From Scyliorhinus canicula (taxonomy: Eukaryota), in contig NC_052155.1 of the NCBI RefSeq assembly GCF_902713615.1, positions 46,193,404 through 46,257,403 on the forward strand: a DNA stretch of 64,000 bases, written 5' to 3'. Positions 24,236 to 35,964 of the stretch are shown here, in pieces; within the stretch, counting starts at the first letter, position 1, and each line of letters begins with the position of its first letter. The notes under the pieces were generated by a model that did no database searches, was not told where the DNA came from, and saw only the letters and a program-made list of their open reading frames with translations. The translations under genes were made by a program, and so were the position numbers.

Positions 24236-25462
24236 GCATTTTACAATCTAAAGTCTTTAAAATCTGATATTCGGAGGAATCCGATGCTACATTGCAGAAT
24301 GGCACTCCCCAAAAAAATGCGGTCATCAGATTTTCTGGATGCTCATGAGATTTGATCTTTGCTTAGGTAAGACATTAACTAACCACTATTGCCCTCTGTT
24401 CTCTAGAGTAGAGAAGGGGGAGTGGATTGATGATAGAGAAACAGCTAGAATTTATGTTATCTATTTATCTGGTTTCAGCAAACCAAGGCTTGGGACTCCC
24501 AAAGTATGCTCTGAATGGAATTCTTCCATCTAAGGGCGAGATGATGGGATTCAACCTCTGAGCTTTGGCAAGGGCTGCTCGGATCACCTGTATTTTGTTT
24601 TCTGATGAAAAGCCAATTCTAGAAAGATAGTCTGCCGCATTACTTTGTCTCTTGCCAGTTTTGCGCGATGATCCTTGCTGACACCTTGTTTGCAGGTCTG
24701 ATGTCTACTTTGGAGATTCTGAAACCACATGCTGTCATTTGGTGAATTAATGCCTACAGTTGGTGTCACCATTTGCATGCATGGGTGCAGAAACACTGTA
24801 CCTTCCTAATATGTAAGACTGGTAAGTTTCCTTGTGCTTGATAAGACCATACTACCTGTTTAGGTGCTGACCTGCATTTTATCTGAGTTGAGTGGGAAAA
24901 TTGCTGCAGTGAAAGGTTGCTTCTCCCTATTCCATGAGTAACCAGAGCTGAATGCAAAATAATCAACAGTGTCCTGGAGTCAGTAAAAAGTTTCCATTTC
25001 CCGTACCTCTACCATTACTGTTCTATATTCTCTAACAATTGGAATTCTGGGGTCAGGGATGGAGATGTCAAACTCGACGATCAATTGCTATAAGCGCCCT
25101 GTTCTGCAACACCATCTCCCTTTTGTGCAGCTCACTCGAGCGCCTCCACACTTTGGACCTCATCACTTTAGTGATCACCCTAGAGCCTTTCTGATTGGAT
25201 GAAAACGTGGAACTCTCCTTGCATCTTGGCTAACTGGCATTTCCCATATCTGGAGTATGTCGGATAACAGATTTTCCTGGATGATTAATCTGTGTGGTTT
25301 AACTATTGCTAGGAATGCCACAGATTATTCACTTGATCCTCATCTAGTACGACCAAGTTTGTCATGATTGAAATGCTTCAACTTTAAACTCTGTATATTC
25401 TCCTCTATACCTGAAACACAAGAAGAATAATCACCATTCTGTGTGCATTCTCTTGTACTTGG

Positions 25463-26990
25463 AAGTGCATGATAAAATAGGACTGAGAGAGCACGGCTTT
25501 GCCAAAGGGAAGTCATGTCTGACAAATCTGTTAGAGTTCCTCGAGGTGGTAACAAGGAAGTTAGACAAAGCAGAAACAGTGGATCTGATTTATTTCGATT
25601 TCCAAGGCAAAGTGCTGCATAGGAGACTGTTTTAAGAGCCCATGATGTTAAGGGCAAGATCCTGACATGAATCGAGGATTGGCTGACTGGCAGAGGCCGA
25701 GAGTGGGGATAAAGGAGCCTTTTTCAGGATGGCAGCCGGTGACTGGTATGCCTCGTGTCGGTGCTGGGACCACAACTTTTCACAAAATACATTAATGATC
25801 TGGAAGAAAGAACTGAAGGCACTGTTGCTAAGTTTGCAGACGATACAAAGATCTGTAGAGGGACAGGTAGTATTGAGGAAGCAGGGGGGTTGCAGAAGGA
25901 TTTGGACAGGCTGGGAGAATGGGCAAAGGGACCAGCACGATGGTGCAGTGGTTAGCACTGCTGCATCACGGCGGCGAGGTTCCAGGTTCGATCCAAGCTC
26001 TGGGTCACTGTCCGTGTGGAGTTTGAAAATTTTCCCTGTGTTTGCGTGGGTTTCGACCCCACTCAAAGATGTGCGGTGTAGGTGGATAGGCTACACTAAA
26101 TTGCCCCTCAATTGGAAAAAATGAATTGGGTACTCTAAATTTATATTTTAAAAAAGAGTCTGGGCAAAGAAGTGGCGGATGGAATACAATGTGGAAATGT
26201 GTGAGGTTATGCACTTTGGAAGGAGGGATGGAGACATAGACTATTTTTTAAATGGAAAAATGCTTAGGAAATCAGAAGCACAAAGGGACTTGGGAGTCCT
26301 TGTTCACGATTCTCTTAAGGTTAACGTGCAGGTTCAGTCAGCAGTTGGGAAATGCAATGTTAGCATTTATGTCGAGAGGGCTAGAATACAAGACCAGGGA
26401 TGTACTTCTGAGGTTGTATGAGGCTTTGGTCAGACCCCATTTGGAGTATTGTGAGCAGTTTTGGAGCCTGTATCTAAGGAAGGATGTGCTAACCTTGGAA
26501 AGGGTCCAGAGGAGGTCCACAAGAATGATCCCTGGAATGAAGAGCTTGTTCTATGAGGAACAGTTGAGGACTCGAGGTCTTTACTCATTGGAGTTTAGAA
26601 GGATGAGGGGTGATCTTATTGAAACTTACAGAATACTGCGAGGCCTGGATAGCATGGATGTGGAGAGGATGATTCCACTTGTAGAGAAAAACTGGAGGCA
26701 GAGGACCCGATCTCAGACTCGAAGGACGATCCTTCAAAACTGAGATGGAAAGGAATTTCTTCAGCCAGAGGGTGGTGAACCTGTGGAACTCGTCGCAGAA
26801 GGTTGCGGAGGCCAAATCATTGAGTTTCTTTAGGATGGAGATAGATAGGTTCTTGATCAATAAGAGAATCGGGGGTAATGGGGAGAAGGCAGAAGAATGG
26901 AAATGAGAAAAATATCAGCCATGATTGAATGGTGAAGCAGACTCGATGGGCTGAGTGGCCTAATTCTGCTCTGTCTTTATGGTCTTAAGG
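25463..26990 (+). mobile_element. CR1 RT and 3' end with V-SINE insertion (25929-26154)
   Basis: HGFAKGKSCLTNLLEF, SVLGPQLF.KYINDL, KFADDTK, LVRPHLEYC. SINE TSD gagaatgggcaaag / gagtctgggcaaag. Confidence 0.9.
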
Positions 26991-27269
26991 TCTCTTCTCT
27001 TAACCTATCCAGTTTTAACCAGAGAATCACCTACAGTCGTTCTCTCTTAACTCCTCCACTGTCTGTAAATTGACAGCTCATTTCACATCCAGTACTACAT
27101 TTGCAGTAGTTTCTTCCAACTAAAGTTCAGGCAGACCAACGCCATTGTTTGCAATCCCTACCACAATCTCTGTTCCCTCATCATACACCTTTTTACACCC
27201 CATTCCAAATCTCTCCCTGACAGCTGTCTGAGATGGAACCAGAATGTGTGCGACCTTGGTGTCATGGAA

Positions 27270-28110
27270 TAACGTAAGAAATAGGAGCAGGAGTAGACCA
27301 TGTGGCTCATGGAGTCATTCAATACGATCATGGCTGATCTTGGACTTCAATTCAATTTTCCCGGCGACTCCCCATTTTCCTTAATTGCCTGAGAGCCCAA
27401 AAGTCTCTTTATCGGGCTTTGAATATACTCAACAGTGGAGCATCCACAACACTCTGGGGTAGAATTCAAGGATTCACAACCCTTTGAGTGAAGAAATTTC
27501 TCCTCCTCTCGATTCTAAGTGATTGGCCCCTTCTACTGAGACCGTAAACTGTGTATTGGGTACCCCAACCAACAAAAACAATCTCTCAGCATTCAGCTTC
27601 ACAATTTTGCAGATTTCAATGAGATCACCTTTCATTCTCTTCTTTTTTTTAAAAATATAAATTTAGAGTACCCGACTTCATTTTTTTCCAATTAAGGCGC
27701 AATTTAGCGTGGCCAATCCACCTACCTTGCACATCTTTGGGTTGTGGGGGTGAAACCCACGCAAACTCGGAGAATGTAAAAACTCCACACGGACAGTGAC
27801 CCAGAGCCGGGATCGAACCAGGCACCTTGGTGCTGTGAGGCAGCAGTGCTAACCACTGCACCACCGTGCTGCCCACTTCTCATTCTCTTCTAAACTCCAA
27901 GGAGTGTAAGCCCAATTTACTCAGCTGCTCATCATAGGACAACCCCCACACTCCAGAGTCCAATTTAGTGAACATTCACTTTACCGCCTCCATTGCTTCC
28001 TAAAATGTGGAGACCAAAACTGCGCGTATGTTTTCAGATGCGGGTCCCCAAAACCTGCACAACTGTGGCAAGACTTGTTTATTATTCTGCTCTGATCCCC
28101 TTGCAATAAA
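27270..28110 (-). mobile_element. CR1 3' fragment with poly(A) V-SINE (about 27644-27875)
   Basis: CR1 3'UTR. SINE TSD tcattctcttct. Confidence 0.75.
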
Positions 28111-28114
28111 TTTA

Positions 28115-28752
28115 ACATGTAACCCCGAGATGCGTTTCCGAACACGCGCCTATCGGATTGCCTATTTCCATCTCTGAAACATTACCTGACTCCTCCACTG
28201 CCTCTGCTCATCATCTTCATTACTTTTAGTTTTGACTTCAACACATTCCTGGCTGTCCGATCATCTTCCTTCCACAACCAGCTTTTATATAATCCTAAAC
28301 TGTGAAACCTGATTCTGTTCACAATCCTGTGTGTGGCCGCTGATCTATTTTGGCTTCTGGTTAAGTGACATTTTTGTTTTGTCAAATCTCCCCCACATTT
28401 ACAAATCATTCCATGGTCCTTCTTTTCCCCATCTGTGTGAACTCCTCCAGCCCTACAATCCCACAGATATCTTCATTCCCCCGATTCTGGCCTCCTGAGT
28501 ATCCGCGTGTTCATTGGGGGCCTGGCTTTCAATTGTCAAGTTCCTTGAATTCCCTCTTGAAACCTTTTCACGTGTCTCCCTCTTTCTTGTCTTTGAGCGC
28601 TGAGGAAAGCTACCCTTTACGCCAGATGACCAAAAAGGTAGTTAAATTATTCTTGTGTGGCTTTGTGTCAAATTTTGTTTGATGTTCCTGTGAAGTGCCC
28701 AAGGACCTTTTGCAATGTGAAAGGTGCTATATAAATGGAAGTTATTGTTGTA
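28115..28752 (+). mobile_element. L2-like LINE 3' fragment
   Basis: Ends gtgaagtgcccaaggacc..aaaggtgctatataaatggaagttattgttg, a typical L2 tail. A further piece lies at about 27050-27265. Confidence 0.65.
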
Positions 28753-30439
28753 TGCACCACTGCTAATAGAAGTAAACTTGTCCACAATAGTAATTTGGAC
28801 ATTCTGAATTCTCCCTCAGTGTACCCGAACAGGTGCAGGAGTGTGGCGACTAGGGGCTTTTCACAGTAACTTCATTGCCGTATTAATGTAAGCCTACTTG
28901 TGACAATAATAAAGATTATTATTATTATTATCTTCAACTTGCTAAATCATCTTCTCTACCACAATGCATCAGATCACATGGGCTCGGTCAACGGGGATCT
29001 GTGATGTAGGAAGATACGTGGAAGGAAAGAAGACCTTTGAAAGAAAGGCATTAGTGCTTAGGAAATAGGAAATTGTGTGGAATTGTTCGATGGAATGCTG
29101 GACTCTATAGCTAAAATCGGGTAAGAAAGTCTGATGATATTTGACTAGAAGTCTTGATCACTGAAACACAAAAAAAGGCCTAGGGGTGGTATAGAAAGCA
29201 GAGACAGTCCAGTAGGAAAGTCTGGAGAATCAATTTCTCTCTCTTGATATAGGGGATTGAGAGGAGTCCCTATTAAAGTATGTAAGACAGTGTAGAAAAT
29301 GTTAATCTAAAACTGAAATTTTGCAAAGGCGTTCATATAGATAACTACAATTGAGAACTACAATTGGGAACTGTTGCTAGGACATTCTTGGTCACGGGTA
29401 CATGATGCAATTTGGATTTCTGGACAGTGCAATCGAGGAACAATCTGAGATTAATTTGAATTGGATCCCATAGGGTCATTCTGAATGAGTAAACTGAATG
29501 GCTTTCCTTATTCATATCTAGCTCGTGATCTCATTCTTTTGCCAGCACCACCTCTGTAATTGGAGTTTATCAGCATTTCTTTTTGAGGGAATTTCCTGCT
29601 GGGAGCCGATGCTTTCCACCAAAACAATGGATGTCTTTCTTTTGTGAATTGATTGTTCGTTCGACTCATAGCCCCAAACAGAAAACCAATTTCCTTTTGT
29701 TTCCGATTCAGCTCCTGTTTATCTTTAAATGGAGCATGAAATTATAATTTGAGTTGAAGCCTCGGCACCTCTACTCATTAAAAGTTTCCAACACTGAGCT
29801 GCATAATCTCAATCAATATTGAGCAGAATGAAAGAAAGGCTCCTGTTTGTGAGGTACTTTGACTCCAAATTACTTTGACTCCAGTCAATTGTTTAATTTG
29901 CTTGACTCAAAAGTAACTTAAAAAATATCGCCATTGCAGTGCATTTCTCTTGTCTTTTAAAAAATCCTTTAAGGAAATGGCAGAGATTACTTTCAGTGTA
30001 ATTTTTCCTGTGTTTTTCTCCATTTAAAGGTGGCATGTGAGAGGTATCACATGAGCAATTGTTATGCTATGTCAAAGATGAATCCTGAAGCAATTGCCAG
30101 TGTTTTTTTAAAACTTTGTTTTTCTTAAGGTGTTGATCCACATTATGAAGTTCCATGGGCACTGACTACCACCCCTGGTATTCAACAGAATAGCCGTAAA
30201 ATACTACCTAAAGATTGGTACAGGTGCTAGTGTTTAAGAGGCTATTGAGTAAATCCAGACAAGAAATGTATGAGCTGTTGAGATTGGTGATGGGAGGTGA
30301 AGTACAAATATCAAAACCAATGAGTGCACTTCATTTATTTTTGTAGATATTTGAGCCCCATTTGGAAAAGATGCAAGTCCTGCAATGCCCCCCCCCCCCG
30401 CCACCCCAAAACCTTGTGCATGCAGTAAATAAATTGGAG

Positions 30440-31647
30440 ATTTGGATTTCGGGTTTATTATCACGTATATCGAGGTATAGTGAAAAGTATTCTTCTGTGT
30501 AGAGTGCAGACAGATTGCTGCATACATGAAAAAACATAGGACATATGATAGATACACAATGTAAATACATCGACACAGACATCGGATGAATCATATGGAG
30601 TGTAGTAATACTCGGTAGAGAATATGCGTGGAGAGATCAGTTCAGTCTATAAGAGGATCATTCACGAGTCTGGTAATAGCGGGGAAGAAGCTATTTTTGA
30701 AACTGTTAGTGTGTGTTCTCAGACTTTTCCATTTCCTGCCTGATGGAAGAGAATAACCCGGATGGGAGGAAACTTTGATTATGCTGCCCGCTTTCACAAT
30801 GCAGCGGGAGGTTTGACAGAGTCAATGGAGGAGATGGGTTGGCGTGATGGACGGCTATGTTCGCAATCTCTGTAGTTTCTTATGGTCTTGGGCCGAGCAG
30901 TTGCCATACCAGGCTGTGATGTGGCCAAATAGGATGCTCTCTATGGTACATCTGTAAAAATTGGTTAGAGTCAAAGTGGACATGCCAAATTTCCTTAGTT
31001 TGCTGAGGAAATATAGAACAAAGAAAATTACAGCACAGGAACAGGCCCTTCGGCCCTCCCAGCCTGCGCCGGTCCAGATCCTTTATCTAAACCTGTCTCC
31101 TATTTTCCAAGGTCTACTTCCTCCTCTGCACCCTCTCTAAAGCATCCACATCCTTCTGGTAGTGTGGCGACCAGAACTGCACGCAGTATTCCAAATGTGG
31201 CCTAACCAAAGTCCTATACAACTGTAACCTGACCTGCCGACTCTTGTACTCGATACCCCGTCCGATGAAGGCAAGCATGCTGTATGCCTTCTTGACCACT
31301 CTATCAACCTGCGTTGCCACCTTCAGGATACAATGGACCTGAACTCCCAGATCTCTCTGTACATCAATTTTCCCCAGTACTCTTCCATTGACCATATAGT
31401 CCGCTCTTGAATTTGATCTTCCAAAATGCATCACCTCGCATTTGCCTGGATTGAACACCATCTGCCATTTCTCTGCCCAACTCTCCAATCTATCTATAGG
31501 TGCTGTTGTGCTTTCTTGGTCGTAGCATCGACGTGGGTGGACCAAGCCAGATTGTTGGTGATGTGCACACCTAGAAATTTGAAGCTGTCAACCATCTCCA
31601 CCTTGGTACCATTGATGCAGACAGGGGTGTGTGCGATACTCCACTTC
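30440..31647 (-). mobile_element. Rex1/Babar LINE interrupted by an internally deleted CR1 (31017-31494)
   Basis: INGTKVEMVDSFKFLGVHITNNLAWSTHVDATTKKAQQ. The CR1 insert is flanked by tatag/tatag. Confidence 0.85.
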
Positions 31648-31769
31648 CTGGGTTTTCTCCGGGTGCTCTGGTTTCCTCCCACAAGTCCCGAAAGATGCGC
31701 TGTTTGGTAATTTGGACATTCTGAATTCTCCCTCTGTGTACCCGAGCAGGTGCCGGAATGTGGCATCAG

Positions 31770-33900
31770 GTGTGAATCAAGGTTGGGGAGACGATTTACG
31801 AGCTTGAGGGCATAGTTGTTCACCGGGGCTACTAGATTGTTCGCCAGTGAACCATAACCAGTAATATAGCGACTATTAGTGTTGGCAATACCCGCAAGAA
31901 TTGAAATGGCGGTGCCCCTGGCCCTACCTTTAAAACAGGAGTGGAAGACCTGCCCCACTGAATTCTCATGCAGCCATGCCTGGTCATTTACATCCTATAA
32001 AAACACGTCAGAGTTTAGATTCTTAAGATGGGCAAAAACCCTAGACCACTTTACTGGGCCATTCGCACTTCGGACATTCTAGGTTACCAAGCAAATTGGG
32101 AGCTCACCCACCGCTCCGCAGCCTGGAGTCAGCCATTTCCAAGGAAGAGTACCAGGCAAAGGATCTCGGAAGTTGACGAGACCCACCAAGCTGGCTCCCT
32201 AGCCAAGTTATGCGATCTGATAGAAAAGGACTTGCAAACAATGCCAGTCAACTTGCATTGAAACCCTTCCCTCCCCAATCCCATAATGCCTCTTTTGTAA
32301 TACTAATTAATAATACTCTAACCCTAAACCCCCAATTTAAAAATCCTCACGCACTATATGCACAAAGCTCATATTCACCAACCGTTTGCAAAGTGCTGCA
32401 GTAAACCCTAATTCCGTTATTCATAAAGGCCCACCTTCTCAACCTTGCCCCTTGTCTGAGGTGTGGTGGTCCTCCGGTTAAATCACCACCAGTCAGCTCT
32501 CCGCAGAAGGGGTCATCATTAGCCGAGAGACTGTTTCATCCCCCTCCTCACCAAAGAAGATAAAACCCGTCTAATTGTTGCAGCGCAACAATAACAATCA
32601 AATATCAAACCCAGCAGTAACTACAAATGACAAACCTGATAGAAAAACTGAATACAAGACGCCCAGATGCCAGTATACATAATACAATAAACATCATGCA
32701 TTAAGCAGAATTCAAGACCAAAGGATTTCGCTTTTTAGAATCATAGAGTCTCTACAGTGCAGAAGGGAGGCCATTTGGCCCATCGAGCCTGCACCAACCA
32801 TTTGAAAGAGCACCCTACCTAGGCTCAATCCCCCGCCCTATAACTGCAACCCCACCCTAAGTAGCAATTTAGCATGGCTAATCCACCTAACATCTGCACA
32901 CCTTTGGACTGTGGTAGGAAACTCTCACAGGCATGGAGAGAATAAGACATAGGAGCAGAATTAGGCCATTCGGCCCTTGAAGTCTGTACCACCATTCAAT
33001 CATGACTGGTATGTTTTTCACCCCCATTCTCCTGCCTTCTCCCCATAACCCCCTATTAAGCAAGAGTGTACAACCTCCACACAGTGACTCAAGGTTGCTG
33101 TCAACTGGGTCCTTAGTGCTATGAGGCAGCAATGCCAACCACCATGCCGTCCTTCTGGCGAATCAAAGAGGCCATCTTTCTCCCCAACAGTCACTCTTTG
33201 AGGCGAGCTGGTTAGATCATGCCAAATCCAATTCCTTTTTGGTATGGGATGGATTGTGGCCTGTTGAAAGTTGCTCTTTTGCCAGGTCTGCGCTCAACTC
33301 TTGGAAAGGTTAGATAAAGTGGCCCCCCCACTTTGCCTCCTGATGCTCCTGAGCCCAGCAAAGGATTTTTTAAAAAACCTGTGAAACTGTTCGACCGGAC
33401 GTGGCGTTTCCCCAGCTCGAGGCTTTGGCCACAGGGAGCAATTTGAGCCCAGTCCAACTCTGGGAAACGTGAACACATTCTCACCCAGCATCTCATGCAG
33501 CATGTCCACAAAGTCATTAGTGGGGGTGCAGCCCTCTTACTTCTCTGACAATCCCACTATGCGGACCTTTTTCCGCCTCGAATGGTTTTCAAAGTCACTT
33601 ATCTTTATCTAGAGGATTTTATTGCACTCCACAGCTGAGGTTAGGCCTGCTTGCAAAGATGTGATCCGGTCGCTATGATCCGTAAGAGCCATTTCAATAC
33701 CGTTTCAGCTTGGCACCACGTTTTGTCCAGCTTTGAATTGATGTGGGCCAAATTGGTCTTGTTAGGTCTAATGCTGGGCTCTGCCGATGTTTTTCTAGGT
33801 CTCTCGCAATTATGTGGCTGGGTTCATCGGCTGTGAGAGGCATGGGTAGTATTGGAGAAGAAGAACCTGTCCTCGCCATCCTAACTTCGTTTTGGACCGT
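31770..33900 (-). mobile_element. L1 5' portion: ORF1 (about 33160-33900), inter-ORF region, ORF2 endonuclease start (about 31770-32090), with SINE/CR1 inserts
   Basis: ORF1-like ENHSRRKKVRIVGLSE...KPRAGETPRP. EN-like NVRSANGPVK.SRVFAHLK, QVFHSCFKGRARGTAI. Confidence 0.75.
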
Positions 33901-34029
33901 GAAGGCCCAAATCTTTTATGTCTTTTTGAGAGCAAATGTGGCTTCAGTTGACCATCTCATCTGAAATGCAATAGCTTTGACAGTCTTCAGAACCATATGT
34001 TAAGAAATTATGATATAAACATATGTTGT

Positions 34030-34939
34030 ATGTTTTTAAAAAAATGGCAACTACAGTAGAGATAAGTTGGCTACATTGATCGAACTAGTGCTTTGATAAG
34101 CCTAGCCATACAGTAAACAGATGTTTACCTCGGGCAAGTTGGTCACAATAGAAGATAGGATGTCAGACATGTAAGTAAAGATATTAGAATTCCAAAGGAA
34201 GTGATGAGGTATGAATTTCACAACTGCTTTCTAAAAGGTGAACTTGTGAAATGAAGGTAATTAATAGTGACTTCTGAAGTTAGTTCAGATAAGGGAAGAT
34301 CAAAAGAGAAACCAATACATCATGGACAAGTTCACCATATGTGTACTAGCTGCTTTTGAGAGCTCAGCTCGCAACAGGAAGCTGTGTCAACTCCCAACAA
34401 GCTCTGCTTGTGGGGGGGGGGGGGGGGGGGGGGGGGAAGAGAGAAGAGCAGTGAAGAGTCCCTTTTGAGAAACCAGTTTTATCCTAAACTGGAAGCATGC
34501 TGGAAAGATATGTGCCTGATATGGTAACTATTGCTAGATTCTGCCTGTAGTTTTAAAAATAATAATCTTTACTATTGTCTGGGTAATTGACACTGCAATG
34601 AAGTTACTGTGAAAATCCTCTAGTGGGATGTTGTTTGGTGAGATATAGCTCTGACATTAGGAAAATAGAGGGATTTGGAACTGGTTAAATTTAAAGATGC
34701 TGTGAATGGCCAGTAAAGTAGTTTAAGTGTATTTCTAGTTGACTTTCTTGTTATGTTTTATTGTGTAATCAGCCATTTGTTTAAAATCATCACAAAAACA
34801 TTTGAGACACCCTTCACTGGTCTGTACATCTTTCCTCGCATTGTACCAAATTGCAAAATACAGTTGAGATGAGACATTTCAAGCTTCCCTTCTGAGATTT
34901 GTAATACCCTAGCATTTAACATCAGCTGTGCCCTGAACA
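34030..34939 (+). mobile_element. LTR-like relic containing a poly-G run and a SINE tail
   Basis: Ends ...gccctgaACA, with general resemblance to the other LTR-like segments. 5' end unclear. Confidence 0.3.
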
Positions 34940-35321
34940 CACCGATTTGTGCATGAATGCTACCAAGAATGGAGTTAACAGTTTTTGTGTATACCAGACC
35001 TACTTTTGCTACTTCTATAATTTTTTTAAAATGTTGCTAATTATTTTAAAACTGATTTTATTTAAGCTAACTTGAAAGGCCATTGGAGATTGACCTGATT
35101 GTGCTGCAGAAATACCACTGACAATGCCGTGTTGCCTCAGTACATGAGTGTCGTACGTGAGTGTCGCACTCGAGTCTCAAATCTAGAACTGTCTGACCCA
35201 GGATGAGAGTTGTGCCAGCTGGTAACGATTCATGATAATTTAAAGCAACGATTCAATGTGCATGTTTTTTTTCTTTTTGTAGTCCGCTCCATCTATAGTA
35301 CTCATAAACAAAATAGGCCTG

Positions 35322-35558
35322 CCTAAGAGGGTCAACGCTAGGGTTCGTCCGGAGATAGCAGCCGTTTATCAACTTCTTTGGGGAAAATAAGCTGTCAGCA
35401 GAGGTAAAAATCTAAAAAGAGGGGGGCGGGGCAAAAGTTAGGCTATTTTCTGTTAAGAGTAGGAAGGACGTGTTAGGGATGGAAATGATGTATGTACTAC
35501 GTTTATATTTCATTTGTTGTTATAAAATTACATTAAAAAATTACATAATGTTTTTTTA
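35322..35558 (+). mobile_element. 5'-truncated L1 3' end
   Basis: LRGSTLGFVRR.QPFINFF. Perfect 18-bp TSD ataaacaaaataggcctg (35304-35321, 35559-35576). Confidence 0.85.
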
Positions 35559-35587
35559 ATAAACAAAATAGGCCTGTTTGCATTCCA

Positions 35588-35934
35588 CATAGAACATAGA
35601 ACAGTACAGCACAGAACAGGCCCTTCGGCCCTCAATGTTGTGCCGAGCAATGATCACCCTACTCAAACACACGTATCCCCCCTATACCCGTAACCCAACA
35701 ACGCCCCCCCTTAACCTTACTTTTTTTAGGACACTACGGGCAATTTAGCATAGCCAATCCACCTAACCCGCACATCTTTGGATTGTGGGAGGAAACCGGA
35801 GCACCCGGAGGAAACCCACGCACACACGGGGAGGACGTGCAGACTCCGCACAGACAGTGACCCAGCCGGGAATCGAACCTGGGACCCTGGAGCTGTGAAG
35901 CATTTATGCTAACCACTATGCTACCGTGCTGCCC
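35588..35934 (-). mobile_element. Full-length V-SINE (HE1-like) with CR1 tail
   Basis: tRNA head, V-domain, tail shared with the CR1 3' end at 50120-50176. Nearly identical to 57985-58324. Confidence 0.9.
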
Positions 35935-35964
35935 ACCTATGCTATGCTACCGTGCTGCCCACCT

